Origin: a virus | Lineage: Duplodnaviria; Caudoviricetes | DNA: 35,879 nucleotides | Reading direction: 5' to 3' (one strand) | Virus record (IMG/VR): IMGVR_UViG_3300048858_000140 | Location: 1-35,879 of that record | Part shown: positions 35,319 to 35,879 of the stretch, piece by piece | Position numbering within the stretch: the first letter of the stretch is position 1 | Layout: each line of letters begins with the position of its first letter | Translations under genes and position numbers: made by a program | The notes under the pieces: model-generated | Databases searched by the model: none | Seen by the model: the letters and a program-made list of their open reading frames with translations, nothing else | What the model was told of the DNA's origin: nothing

Positions 35319-35879
35319 TTAGGCTGCAGATGCCAGGAGTGACGGATTGTCGTTGGCGGCCGATCTGGTGGCCAAATTCTGGCCACCAGATGCCAGCCTT
35401 CTAAGCTCCTCCACCAGTTCCGATTTCTCCTCGTGGAACCGAAAAGTATTGCTGTGCGATGGCATCAGCCGTTCCAGGCGGTCGGCGATGTCGTGGAGAC
35501 TGCCTGCCAGATTTTGGCGGTCTGTCATCGTCCCAATTTCCCTCAGTTTCCGCTTCGGATTCGCCGATTCGATGACTTCCTTTCGAGCGACGGGCGGGAG
35601 GGCTGCAGCTTTGGATGCCGCGTTTATCGAGAGCGCGCCGCTGTCCATGGCGGCGATCAGATCTGTGTCGTTGGTGGCGACGACAGCCTTGGCCTGTCGA
35701 AGAGTCTCGTGATTGCCAAAGCCGGCTTCGCGGGCGGCAATTTCCTTGGTGAAGATGCCCTTTAGTTCAGAGTCGTTATCGACATTGCCGTTGCCTCGCC
35801 TTTCTCCCAGCCTGAGCTCGACGGCGATGGCTATCGCGACCCGGTCGCTGGGGAGCAAATCTTTGCGGGCGTGGGTCAT
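35319..35879 (-). CDS. ParB/Spo0J-like HTH protein, possibly cut off at its 5' end by the window
   Basis: RKDLLPSDRVAI, IAAREAGFGN, AMDSGALSINAA resemble the helical part of phage ParB-like proteins; ends in an ssrA-like tag. Confidence 0.7.
   Translation of the reverse strand: MTHARKDLLPSDRVAIAIAVELRLGERRGNGNVDNDSELKGIFTKEIAAREAGFGNHETLRQAKAVVATNDTDLIAAMDSGALSINAASKAAALPPVARKEVIESANPKRKLREIGTMTDRQNLAGSLHDIADRLERLMPSHSNTFRFHEEKSELVEELRRLASGGQNLATRSAANDNPSLLASAA

Larger units (their letters stand above)
1557..35879 (-). mobile_element. Prophage with lambda-like cos/head module and P2-like contractile tail; continues beyond the window
   Basis: Co-oriented replication, packaging, head, tail and lysis genes; left boundary approximate; no att site or integrase seen. 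Confidence 0.95.

Noticed and set aside
35319-35360. Fragment of an actual ssrA gene
   Set aside because: The tag is fused in frame to a long CDS, and no tmRNA tRNA-like ends are visible nearby.

Overview
Most of this window (about 1557-35879, minus strand) is a temperate prophage of a GC-rich alphaproteobacterium, most likely Rhizobiaceae; the host is inferred from DUF982/DUF6894 genes and promoter style. In transcription order it carries: early/replication genes (ParB-like protein, primase-polymerase/DUF3987-type protein, iteron-rich origin candidate); a candidate late regulator; a structured non-coding region with a tRNA-Gly(UCC) variant and morons; a lambda-like cos site and head module (TerS, TerL, gpW, portal, ClpP-type protease, decoration protein, gpE-type capsid); a P2-like contractile tail with a -1 frameshifted chaperone; and a holin/SAR-endolysin/spanin lysis cassette. 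No integrase, repressor or att site is visible. Bases 1-1550 hold small accessory genes. The most striking observation is that four unrelated phage proteins carry the alphaproteobacterial tmRNA-tag motif (A)ANDN, one of them as a complete hard-coded C-terminal tag (AANDNPSLLASAA), and several others end in -AA. This suggests systematic mimicry of the SspB/ClpXP degron. All family calls come from motif recognition by eye, not database searches.
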